Source: an uncultured Candidatus Saccharibacteria bacterium
Lineage (GTDB): Bacteria; Patescibacteriota; Minisyncoccia; Phycocordibacterales; Zambryskibacteraceae
Reading direction: 5' to 3'
DNA length: 64,000 bases
NCBI GenBank assembly: GCA_964357635.1
Contig: CAYHLZ010000001.1
Location: forward strand, 133,166-197,165
The notes beneath the pieces were generated by a model. That model made no database searches and had not been told where the DNA came from. It saw only the letters and a program-made list of their open reading frames with translations. How positions within the stretch are numbered: position 1 is the first letter of the stretch; each line of letters opens with the position of its first letter. Shown here piece after piece: positions 29,283 through 37,482 of the stretch. The position numbers and the translations under genes are program-made.

Positions 29283-29302
29283 TCTTGTATTATAATAGAT
29301 AT
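29283..29302. promoter_or_regulatory. Overlapping bidirectional -10 boxes for two leaderless genes
   Basis: Palindrome TATTATAATA gives TATAAT on both strands, each 6 nt from an ATG. Confidence 0.7.
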
Positions 29303-29776
29303 ATGTCACTTCACCAAGATATTCGCCAAGAAATGACAGAGGCGATGAAAGCCAAAGATGCCTTATCTTTAAACGTTTTACGGGGACTCCTATCAAGCTT
29401 TACTAATGAAGCAGTTAGCAAAAAAAGAAAGCCAGATGAAGAACTTTCTGACGAAGAAGCACTTACCGTCATCAGTCGCGCTGTTAAACAGAGAAAAGAT
29501 TCTATCTCTCAATTTGAAAAAGGAAATCGTGCTGATTTGGCAGAAATAGAAAAATTAGAGCTCAAAATTCTTGAAAAATACCTCCCCGCCCAGCTCTCTA
29601 AAGAGGAAATTTCGGCCTATGTAAAGTCTAGACAAGCCGAACTTAATATGACAGATTTTTCCAAGAAAAATATCTTTATGGGTACGATAATGAAAGAATT
29701 AAAGGGTAAAACCGACGGCGCGCTCGTTAAGGAGGTTATTGACTTGGTCTTCTCCCCAGATTTTCCTTCCAAATAG
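29303..29776 (+). CDS. GatB/YqeY domain protein
   Basis: AMKAKD, KQRKDSISQFEKGNRADLA..E..IL..YLPAQLS. Confidence 0.92.
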   Translation: MSLHQDIRQEMTEAMKAKDALSLNVLRGLLSSFTNEAVSKKRKPDEELSDEEALTVISRAVKQRKDSISQFEKGNRADLAEIEKLELKILEKYLPAQLSKEEISAYVKSRQAELNMTDFSKKNIFMGTIMKELKGKTDGALVKEVIDLVFSPDFPSK

Positions 29777-29840
29777 TTACGCAGAACCACTCTCGGGGAC
29801 TATAATAGAGAGATAAATTATTAGTATTAATTTTAGCACC

Positions 29841-32183
29841 GTGAAGAAAAATACCACCGCCAAAAAATCAGTTCTCGCAAAAATTATCAAGCGAGACAAG
29901 TCAGTTGTTGCCTTTGATGCAAAAAAAATTGCACGCGCGGTGGAAAAAGCGATGCTCGCAGCTGGAGAGTTCCGTGCTGGGCAAGCCGAGAAGATAACAG
30001 ATGCTATTTCCGACAAACTTTTGGCGCAGAAAGAGACGGAACCAAACTTTGTTCCAACAGTTGAAGGTGTCCAAGACTTGGTGGAAGCAGAACTGATGCT
30101 CCACAAGTTCCCTGCTACTGCCAAGGCATACATTCTTTACCGTGCCGAGCGCACTCGCGTGCGAGTAGAGCGTGGTGATGTGCCAGAACACGTACGAGTC
30201 CTTGCAGAAGAGAGTAAAAAACATTTCAAAAATAATCACCTTGGAGAATTTATTTATCTCCGCACTTATTCCAAGTGGATAGAGTCAGAAGGCCGTCGCG
30301 AGACTTGGGTTGAAACTGTGGACCGCTATGTTAACTTCATGAAAGAAAGTCTCGGTAACAAACTTACAACGGCAGAATACTCCGAAGTTCGTGAAGCAAT
30401 CTTGAAACAAGAGGTTATGCCATCAATGCGACTGATGCAATTTGCTGGAGAGGCAGTACGAAGATGTAATACTTGTGCGTACAACTGTTCTTTTATTGCT
30501 CCGGCGAAATTGGGTGACTTCGCGGAGATTATGTATCTTTCAATGATGGGTACTGGCGTTGGTTTCTCTGTTGAGAGTCAAAATATTGAAAAACTTCCAC
30601 AGATAAAAAAACAAACTGGGAAAAAACTTGCCCCCCACGTTATTGAAGATTCAAAAGAAGGTTGGGCCAACGCTCTAACTCTTGGTCTTAAGACTTGGTA
30701 TGCGGGTAAAGATATAGAATTTGATTATTCCCTCATCCGTCCAGCTGGTGCCAGACTAAAAACTATGGGTGGCAAGGCTTCCGGACCAGAACCACTTCGC
30801 TCTCTCTTGGTTTTTGCTCGCGAAAGGATTCTTAAACGCCAAGGTAGACGTCTCCGGGGCATAGATGCACACGATATCACTTGTAAAATCGGCGAATGTG
30901 TCGTCGCTGGAGGTGTCCGAAGGACGGCCATGATTTCTCTCTCTGATTTGGATGATTCTGATTTGCGTGATGCCAAGAAGGGCCAATTTTTCCTCACTGA
31001 CCCACACCGCTCGGTCGCAAATAACTCTGCAGTCTATGAGACAAGACCCTCAAACACAGAACTCATGACAGAATGGGTTTCTCTAATGAAGTCCGGTTCT
31101 GGTGAACGAGGCATCTTCAACCGTGGGGCTATCGGCAACACCCTACCAGAACGCCGTGCCAAATATTTTAGAAAAGCTGGATTTATAGACGCAGACGGAG
31201 TGGTGCAGGGCCCTATTGGTACCAACCCGTGTGGAGAGATTCTTTTGCAATCAAAACAGTTTTGTAATCTCTCCGAAATTATCGCTCGTGCGGGAGATTC
31301 TCGAGAAGAACTTGTTCGCAAGGCACGCATAGCTTCTATTCTTGGAACGTATCAGTCCACTCTTACAAAGTTTAGGTATATCTCAAAAGACTGGAATAAG
31401 CACTGTGATGACGAACGTCTCTTGGGTGTCTCTATCACAGGTCAGTGGGACTCTGAGGTCGCTCGCGAACCAGAAAGTATGCAAGCAATGCGCGACACCG
31501 CTGTTGAGACAAATCAAATTTATGCCAAAAGATTTGGAATTAAGCCTTCCACTTCTGTTACCGCAGTCAAACCTTCTGGCAATGTCTCACAAACTTTCAA
31601 TTGCTCATCTGGTATTCACCCCCGCCACTCCAAGTACTACATCAGACGTGTAAGAATTTCTGCCACCGACTCACTCTTCAAAATGCTGAAAGACCAAGGT
31701 GTACCGTATAACCCAGAAGTTGGTCAACAAGAAGGCACGGCATCTACCTATGTCATTGACTTCCCTGTTGAAGCCCCGGGCGGTTCTACTTTCAAAGACG
31801 ACTTAACTGCACTTGATCAACTTGAATACTGGAAGAAAGTAAAAATGAATTTCACCGAACACAATCCTTCAGCCACTATCTCTGTCGGAGAAAATGAATG
31901 GATCGGTGTTGTGGACTGGCTCCAGAGAAATTGGGATATCATCGGCGGACTCTCCTTCCTGCCACGCACAGACCACGTCTACCGCCTTGCTCCCTACGAA
32001 TCTATAGACCAAAAGCGTTATGAGGAACTCAAAGCAAGTTTCCCTAAAGTGGACTACGCCAAACTCGTTACTTACGAAAGAACTGACGATACAGACCAGA
32101 AGAAAGAAATGGCCTGTGTTGGAAATGTCTGCGAGATTGACTCCGTTGAGATGTCAGGCGTTGCCACCCAATCTAGCTCCTAA
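29841..32183 (+). CDS. nrdJ: Class II (B12-dependent) ribonucleotide reductase with N-terminal ATP cone
   Basis: ATP cone (IIKRD..FDAKKI), YNCSF, GGVRRTA, TNPCGEI, VKPSGN, C-terminal ACVGNVCE; no adjacent nrdB. Confidence 0.9.
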   Translation: MKKNTTAKKSVLAKIIKRDKSVVAFDAKKIARAVEKAMLAAGEFRAGQAEKITDAISDKLLAQKETEPNFVPTVEGVQDLVEAELMLHKFPATAKAYILYRAERTRVRVERGDVPEHVRVLAEESKKHFKNNHLGEFIYLRTYSKWIESEGRRETWVETVDRYVNFMKESLGNKLTTAEYSEVREAILKQEVMPSMRLMQFAGEAVRRCNTCAYNCSFIAPAKLGDFAEIMYLSMMGTGVGFSVESQNIEKLPQIKKQTGKKLAPHVIEDSKEGWANALTLGLKTWYAGKDIEFDYSLIRPAGARLKTMGGKASGPEPLRSLLVFARERILKRQGRRLRGIDAHDITCKIGECVVAGGVRRTAMISLSDLDDSDLRDAKKGQFFLTDPHRSVANNSAVYETRPSNTELMTEWVSLMKSGSGERGIFNRGAIGNTLPERRAKYFRKAGFIDADGVVQGPIGTNPCGEILLQSKQFCNLSEIIARAGDSREELVRKARIASILGTYQSTLTKFRYISKDWNKHCDDERLLGVSITGQWDSEVAREPESMQAMRDTAVETNQIYAKRFGIKPSTSVTAVKPSGNVSQTFNCSSGIHPRHSKYYIRRVRISATDSLFKMLKDQGVPYNPEVGQQEGTASTYVIDFPVEAPGGSTFKDDLTALDQLEYWKKVKMNFTEHNPSATISVGENEWIGVVDWLQRNWDIIGGLSFLPRTDHVYRLAPYESIDQKRYEELKASFPKVDYAKLVTYERTDDTDQKKEMACVGNVCEIDSVEMSGVATQSSS

Positions 32184-32190
32184 TACCGTC

Positions 32191-32445
32191 TTAAGCCTTC
32201 AGGAAGCCTTCTTTTCTCAAGATTTTGACCTTGGCGAGGTGTCCCGACCTATACCCGCCTATATCACCATTTGAGCGAATGACCCTGTGGCAGGGCACTT
32301 TTGGGCTAGTGTTTTTATTCAAAATATTTCCTACTGCCCGTGAGGCCCCTGGATTCCCCGCCCTCTTTGCCACTTCTTTGTATGTCAAAACTTTTCCCTT
32401 CGGGATCTTTGCTACCACCGCATAAACTTTTTCTTTAAAAGTCAT
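32191..32445 (-). CDS. MGMT/Ogt family methylated-DNA-protein cysteine methyltransferase (short)
   Basis: IPKGKVLTYKEVA, RAVGN, PCHRV. Start at ATG 32445. Confidence 0.88.
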   Translation of the reverse strand: MTFKEKVYAVVAKIPKGKVLTYKEVAKRAGNPGASRAVGNILNKNTSPKVPCHRVIRSNGDIGGYRSGHLAKVKILRKEGFLKA

Positions 32446-32471
32446 TGGTTTATATATTACACGATATGTAT

Positions 32472-32506
32472 AAAATAAAAGACGCCGTACCCGAAGGTCG
32501 TGCGTC
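32472..32506 (-). terminator. Intrinsic terminator closing the large ncRNA
   Basis: GACGCACGACC-TTCG-GGTACGGCGTC followed by TTTTATTTT. Confidence 0.8.
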
Positions 32507-33000
32507 TGGCTAGCTAGGCGATCAGGGAGTGGAGATTCCACAACGATTTTGTTTGACTGGCGGTGAAGCCTGCCATTCTAGTCGTTGAGGAGGTTCCCCA
32601 ACTACCCTGATGCCCTGCACCCGTTGGCCCTAGTTTTTTAGTCTATGACCAAAGATACCCTTTTTTACCGTTGACACCGGAATGTATGTCTTTGGATCCC
32701 AAGGAATGGGGAATCAACTCTTCTAAGCCATCTGTTTAGTTTTGCAACCAATCGCGGTTATCCTACCCGCGACCCAGGGGCATTTGCCTTTTGTGAGAGT
32801 CTCTTAGGATTAGAGACTATTCTCACTGAGACAATTTTTCGTTGAGTCAATGATACGAGTGACTGCTCGTGTTTAGGATACTCCTTTCGGAGATCCTTTG
32901 AAGGAAGATCGCTCTCCCAATGATTACTGGTATTGAAACCAGAAACAAGGTATTCCTCCCTGTCCCATAACCATTACAGTCTTTAGTACACAGATCTAAC
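32472..33000 (-). ncRNA. Candidate large (~530 nt) structured ncRNA of unknown class
   Basis: Promoter and terminator bracket a region with no plausible ORF that has more than 12 helices, GAAA/UUCG loops and long-range closing stems. Confidence 0.72.
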
Positions 33001-33005
33001 AGGAA

Positions 33006-33033
33006 ATACTATCAGTTTAACTTTTAGTGTCAA
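33006..33033 (-). promoter_or_regulatory. Sigma70 promoter of the ncRNA
   Basis: TTGACA-16 bp-TAGTAT with extended -10 (TGnTAGTAT). Confidence 0.72.
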
Positions 33034-33050
33034 TTGACTTTTATCGTTTT

Positions 33051-33082
33051 TGTGGACTATTTTGTGGATAAATTGTTGATAA
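33051..33082 (-). promoter_or_regulatory. DnaA-box cluster
   Basis: TGTGGATAA perfect (33063), TGTTGATAA (33074), TGTGGACTA (33051); a further TTGTCCACA at 33247. Confidence 0.55.
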
Positions 33083-33113
33083 AGACCAAAATTTTCGCTA
33101 TTCTTGGCTTCAC

Positions 33114-33185
33114 GGCCCTATCGTCTATCGGCTAGGACGGAGCCTTCTCAAGGCTCAAAGCGGGGTTCGATTCCCCGTAGGGTCA
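33114..33185 (+). tRNA. tRNA-Glu(CTC)
   Basis: Cloverleaf; anticodon arm GAGCC-TTCTCAA-GGCTC; GGTTCGATTCC T-arm; CCA not encoded. Confidence 0.95.
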
Positions 33186-33320
33186 CAAATTGACTTCCCT
33201 ATTTTATTGTCATTGACACGGGCGCCTTTTAAATTCCGAAAAAATTTTGTCCACAATTTTTTCCTAAATTGGGAGATTTTTAAATTAAGATTAAGAAAGA
33301 CTTTTGTGAGGGCTACTTTT

Positions 33321-33650
33321 ATGCGAAAGCGACGAAGACGAGTACAGGTAACCTGTCTCTGTTCGGCTTACGAGTTTCCCCACCGTATCGGTGGAGGACG
33401 CTGTTCTGGAGGTGCTTGGGCCAGAAGCTACATGGAAACTGTCGGCGAGTGTTGCAAGCACTGCGTTGCCAACCGAGGTGCCTCCGAGTGTGACGTGGCA
33501 GATGGTGCCGAAACCATTGCACACTGCGAAGGCTTCAGAGACCACCTTCTCTACCAACCGACCATTCGTCTCCCTGTCAGGGTGGAGACACTTATGGAGA
33601 GACGTCTCTTCTACTACGAGTATGCGGAGCTTGTCTTTGACCGGGCGTAA
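33321..33650 (+). CDS. Cys-rich hypothetical protein (109 aa)
   Basis: 8 Cys, CxC..YEFPHRIGGGRC, CCxxC; basic N-terminus. Confidence 0.6.
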   Translation: MRKRRRRVQVTCLCSAYEFPHRIGGGRCSGGAWARSYMETVGECCKHCVANRGASECDVADGAETIAHCEGFRDHLLYQPTIRLPVRVETLMERRLFYYEYAELVFDRA

Positions 33651-33699
33651 CATGAAGAATGTTACGCCCGACTTCTTTTTGTTAAGTTATACTTAGCAA

Positions 33700-34365
33700 G
33701 TGAATATAGAAAACAAACCGCTTCGCTACCCTTCAAACGAACTTACAAGTGGCCTGCTCCACCTCGTGGGAGCTCTCTTTGCCATCGTGGTACTAGTAGT
33801 GCTTATTGTTCTTGGTGCACGCTACGGAAACTCTTGGCACGTGGTGGGTTACAGTCTCTACGGTGCAGGACTTATCCTTCTCTACGTGGCGAGCGCCTCT
33901 TACCACCTGATCCCATCCAAATTTGAGCGAGCAAAAGGGATCGCGAGGCATCTTGACCACGCCATGATTTTCGTCCTCATCGCCGCGACTTACACCCCAG
34001 TCACTTTTCTTGCACTTGAGGGTGCGTGGCGCTGGTCGATTTTTGGCACCATCTGGGGACTCGCCATCCTCGGCGTTGCGATAAAACTTTTTCGCATACC
34101 ATTTCATCCCGCACTCTCCACCGCTCTCTACCTCTTCTTGGGCTGGCTTATCGTTCTTGCCATTGCTCCCCTCCGCGCTTCTTTATCTCCCGCAGAACTT
34201 GCTCTTCTCTTTTTTGGCGGTCTTTCTTATACTCTTGGCGTAGTCTTCTTTGCTCTAGATAAAGTGTTGGCGCCGAGAAAACACTTCTGGATGCATGAAA
34301 TTTTTCATGTCTTTGTTCTAGGTGGCAGTACCCTTCACACTATCCTCATGTTTCTCTTGCTCTGA
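33700..34365 (+). CDS. Hemolysin III/PAQR family membrane protein
   Basis: SASYH, LDHAMIFVLIAATYTP, GGLSYTLG, HEIFHVFV. Confidence 0.92.
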   Translation: MNIENKPLRYPSNELTSGLLHLVGALFAIVVLVVLIVLGARYGNSWHVVGYSLYGAGLILLYVASASYHLIPSKFERAKGIARHLDHAMIFVLIAATYTPVTFLALEGAWRWSIFGTIWGLAILGVAIKLFRIPFHPALSTALYLFLGWLIVLAIAPLRASLSPAELALLFFGGLSYTLGVVFFALDKVLAPRKHFWMHEIFHVFVLGGSTLHTILMFLLL

Positions 34366-34378
34366 TAATTTGTTTTTT

Positions 34379-34909
34379 CTATTGCCCAAACCACTGGTTC
34401 AAAAGAAACCCGACAGCAAACGCAAGTGTCGCAGCAACACCACCGATGAAAAGCGTTCTTAAGGCGGTGAGAGATTTATTTTTTTCTGTGATGTAACCCT
34501 GTATTCCGCCAACTACTAAGAATGCCACAGCAGCGAAGGCAAAAGAAAATATGGGTGTGTGAGTGCTAATGAGTGGAGAAAACGGTGCCACAAGAAATGG
34601 CAGAAGCGGGACAAATCCAACTACGACAAAAGAAGCAAAGGTTGTAAGACCACTGGCCATGGGATTTTTCCAATCAGGGTGTTCGCGGTTGTGCGCCGCC
34701 ACCAGATCGTTTTGTGAACGAGTAGATAGATAGTCAGAAACTCCCATGGAGAAACCATCTGCCACGAGGTTTGCAAACCCTAAAATGATAACAATAAGAG
34801 GACTCAAAGCTGCGCCCATCGCCCCAGCCATGATGGCCAAAGTAGTGATGGCGCCATCAATCCCGCCATAGACAAAGTCCGAGAGGTATTCGTTATCTTT
34901 CCCTAGCAT
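34379..34909 (-). CDS. VIT1/CCC1 family Fe/Mn transporter
   Basis: VYGGIDGAITT, ANLVADGFSMGVSDYLS, GFVPLLPF. Confidence 0.9.
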   Translation of the reverse strand: MLGKDNEYLSDFVYGGIDGAITTLAIMAGAMGAALSPLIVIILGFANLVADGFSMGVSDYLSTRSQNDLVAAHNREHPDWKNPMASGLTTFASFVVVGFVPLLPFLVAPFSPLISTHTPIFSFAFAAVAFLVVGGIQGYITEKNKSLTALRTLFIGGVAATLAFAVGFLLNQWFGQ

Positions 34910-34934
34910 TGTATATATAGCTTACTACACAAAC

Positions 34935-34968
34935 AAAAAAGCGGGGGCGTCTTTCAACACCTCCCGCT
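34935..34968 (-). terminator. Intrinsic terminator
   Basis: AGCGGGAGG..CCCCCGCT stem followed by TTTTTT. Confidence 0.75.
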
Positions 34969-35331
34969 TCACACCATGAGCTCAAGCTGTCCTCCCGCTC
35001 CGAGCTTGGAAGGGATGATTCCCTTTTCTTCAACTCGACTGGGTATACCACGGACACGCTTGGAAGCCCTGATAAGGCCACCACGTCGACCGAAGTATGC
35101 ACCGAGTGCAGAGTTGTAAGCTCGACGTACCTTCTTGTCCTTGATGTGGCAATCATTGAGAGCGTTACGTCGCACATCAATGAAAGACATATCGGTATAC
35201 TTCTTGCGGATCTCACCCATCTTCTTGATGATGATCTCCAGAGTCTGTGGATGGACTTTGGCCGAGTGCTTTACTACGGCCTTCTTGATGACAGCTATTT
35301 CAGCGTCTGTGAAGAACGAATTTGAATTCAA
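34969..35331 (-). CDS. Basic hypothetical protein in a stand-alone expression cassette
   Basis: TTG start after a strong SD (AAAGGAGGTG); TTGACA-18-TATAAT promoter at 35357-35386; own terminator. Confidence 0.7.
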   Translation of the reverse strand: MNSNSFFTDAEIAVIKKAVVKHSAKVHPQTLEIIIKKMGEIRKKYTDMSFIDVRRNALNDCHIKDKKVRRAYNSALGAYFGRRGGLIRASKRVRGIPSRVEEKGIIPSKLGAGGQLELMV

Positions 35332-35392
35332 GGTAATCACCTCCTTTCTACCAAGTATTATAGTACACAATAGCCTCAATTGTCAAGTACTG

Positions 35393-37153
35393 TTAAGAAC
35401 GAGGCGGGGGTGGCGCTTCCCTATCTGGGGCGATGTTGTAGTAGTTAATAAGAAACTTGGCCATTTCTATAAAACTTTCTGTCAGAGTTTCTGATGCGTA
35501 CTTAACGTTCTTGGGATAGTAAGTAAAGAGAAAGACCAGAAACTCTGGATCATATGCCGGGAAGTAACCGAAGAAAGAGTGAAAGTAGCGGTCCTCGTAG
35601 TAACCTCCTCCGCCCGGTTTTGCAATCTGTGCTGTGCCGGTCTTTGCGGCAATAGAATGATGTTCTAGTCGCACGGTGCCGTCGCGAAGAGACCTGTCAA
35701 CAACTTCGGTAAGCATGCGCGATATCTCTGCTGAAGATTCTTCGGACAAGACTCGGACTCTTTCTTCTTCTGTGGGATACGAAATAATTTTGGTTGTGCC
35801 AATTTTATATTTAACCTCTTTTACTAAGTGCGGAGTGATAAGTGTCCCGCCATTGGCCAGAGCCGAAAGAGTTCGCACCATCATGATAGGAGTAAGAGCA
35901 ATACCTTGCCCGAACGAAGCTTGAGCGGGCTCCAGGTCACGATTTGTTTTCAAATTGGAAACCAGAGACTTGCCTTCATTGGGCAGGTCAATGCCGGTAG
36001 TTTCTTCAAGACCGAAGGCAAGCATGGCTTTACTAAACTTCTCGCTTCCCACTCGAGAGACAACGTGAGCTGCTCCGGTGTTTAGTGATTTGGAGAGTAC
36101 TGTCTGCATTGAAATGTACGTGCCGTGCGACTTACCGTCATAATTGCAGAAGTTTCTGGTGTTTAAAGTTATACAACCTGGGTCGTTGTAAGTGGTTCTT
36201 GCTGTGATAGCACCCTCGTTAAGCCCAATGGCAAGAGTCACTGCTTTCAAGATTGAGCCCATCTCATAACGGTCTTCTACTAACTTATTTCTGAAGACTC
36301 CAGCACCACTTTCAGACTGTGGAGAGTTGGGGTTAAAGGTTGGTGTGAGTGCCATGGCATATATCTCTCCAGTATTTGGGTCAATAACTACTCCACCGGT
36401 AAAATCGGAAGAATAAGTTTGAGATACCTTTGCTATCTCTCGTTCAAGAAATGCTTCAACAGAGGGCTCTATGGTCGTTACGATATCCCCTTCCAAACTT
36501 TCATCTTCACTAACCACTTTCTTTATATTTGAGAAGATTTCAGCAAAGAAATTAACAAAAATCCCTTCAGCATCTCTTTTGAGTACCGGCTCAAAAAGGC
36601 TTTCTAGTCCGTAGCGCCCCGCAAGCTCATCTCCACTGTAGCCAACGAGCCCAAGCACATGCGCCGCCGCCGTCTCTCCCGGATAAGCGCGCCATCTTTC
36701 TCCAGAGACAAGAACACCAGGGATTTTAAGAGCCTTTATTTTCTCTGCTGTGCTTGCTTGCAGGCGCCTTGCCAATTCTTCGTAGGGGTCACTAGTCTTC
36801 TTTGCTTTAGCCAAAAATTCTTCTTTATCTATCTCTGTAATGTTTGTAATCTTTGTATATGTTTCTTCCAAATTGCTATTCTCACTCAAAATACTTGGGT
36901 TTATGTGGAGAATGAATCCAGTCTTAATAGATGCTCCTGGGACCAAGCTGCCATTTTTATCTGTGAAGAAAATGGACCCACGGTCAAAATAATTCTCCCC
37001 TGCTAGGTATTGGTCCTCTGCTCTTACTTCGTAACGCTCACTTGTGACAATCTGGACAAAATAAAGTTTTGCTATAAGTAAAAGAGCAAAGATAAGTATA
37101 AAAAGGGAGAGGAGTCGCAGTCGGCCACTATGAGCACTCTTGTGAGCACGCAT
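35393..37153 (-). CDS. ftsI: Class B penicillin-binding protein (FtsI-like)
   Basis: RGSIF, RAYP, GRYGLE, EMGSILK (SxxK), SLN, KTGTAQ. Confidence 0.9.
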   Translation of the reverse strand: MRAHKSAHSGRLRLLSLFILIFALLLIAKLYFVQIVTSERYEVRAEDQYLAGENYFDRGSIFFTDKNGSLVPGASIKTGFILHINPSILSENSNLEETYTKITNITEIDKEEFLAKAKKTSDPYEELARRLQASTAEKIKALKIPGVLVSGERWRAYPGETAAAHVLGLVGYSGDELAGRYGLESLFEPVLKRDAEGIFVNFFAEIFSNIKKVVSEDESLEGDIVTTIEPSVEAFLEREIAKVSQTYSSDFTGGVVIDPNTGEIYAMALTPTFNPNSPQSESGAGVFRNKLVEDRYEMGSILKAVTLAIGLNEGAITARTTYNDPGCITLNTRNFCNYDGKSHGTYISMQTVLSKSLNTGAAHVVSRVGSEKFSKAMLAFGLEETTGIDLPNEGKSLVSNLKTNRDLEPAQASFGQGIALTPIMMVRTLSALANGGTLITPHLVKEVKYKIGTTKIISYPTEEERVRVLSEESSAEISRMLTEVVDRSLRDGTVRLEHHSIAAKTGTAQIAKPGGGGYYEDRYFHSFFGYFPAYDPEFLVFLFTYYPKNVKYASETLTESFIEMAKFLINYYNIAPDREAPPPPRS

Positions 37154-37158
37154 GACTC

Positions 37159-37482
37159 TTATCTGTTAAGAGTGTTGAATGAGAGAGAATTTGCTTGCGT
37201 GCGGGAGACATAGAGAGGATTCTTGTTCTCCTTGAAACCGCGCTCAAAGGCAAGTTCTAAAGTGACATTGTTCTTTAATCTAATGTAAGCAAACTCCAAT
37301 GAGTCAAGGTTTGCCCCATCTCGCGCCATTTGTCTTTCCAAATTTTGTCCAAAAGCGGCATTTCTAGCAGTAACGTTTATAGCGTAGATATAGACAACGA
37401 GAGAAAGTATTGAAAGGGCGGACATAATCCAGAAAAAGCGCACTCTGTCTTGGTATGAAATTGTTTTTATTTTACTAATCAT
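37159..37482 (-). CDS. FtsL-like cell division protein
   Basis: TM plus coiled coil; lies between rsmH and ftsI. Confidence 0.65.
   Translation of the reverse strand: MISKIKTISYQDRVRFFWIMSALSILSLVVYIYAINVTARNAAFGQNLERQMARDGANLDSLEFAYIRLKNNVTLELAFERGFKENKNPLYVSRTQANSLSFNTLNR

Noticed and set aside
32472-33000. tmRNA, RNase P RNA or cobalamin riboswitch as the identity of the gap
   Set aside because: No tRNA-like ends or tag ORF. Only loose echoes of RNase P (GAGGAATACC, ACAGATGGCTTA) that do not form P4. It is downstream of and opposite to nrdJ with no B12 box. A covariance search is still needed.
32000-35400. Replication terminus suggested by the switch from mostly plus to mostly minus genes
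   Set aside because: By eye the plus strand stays C-rich on both sides, and no convincing dif site was found. Skew was not computed.
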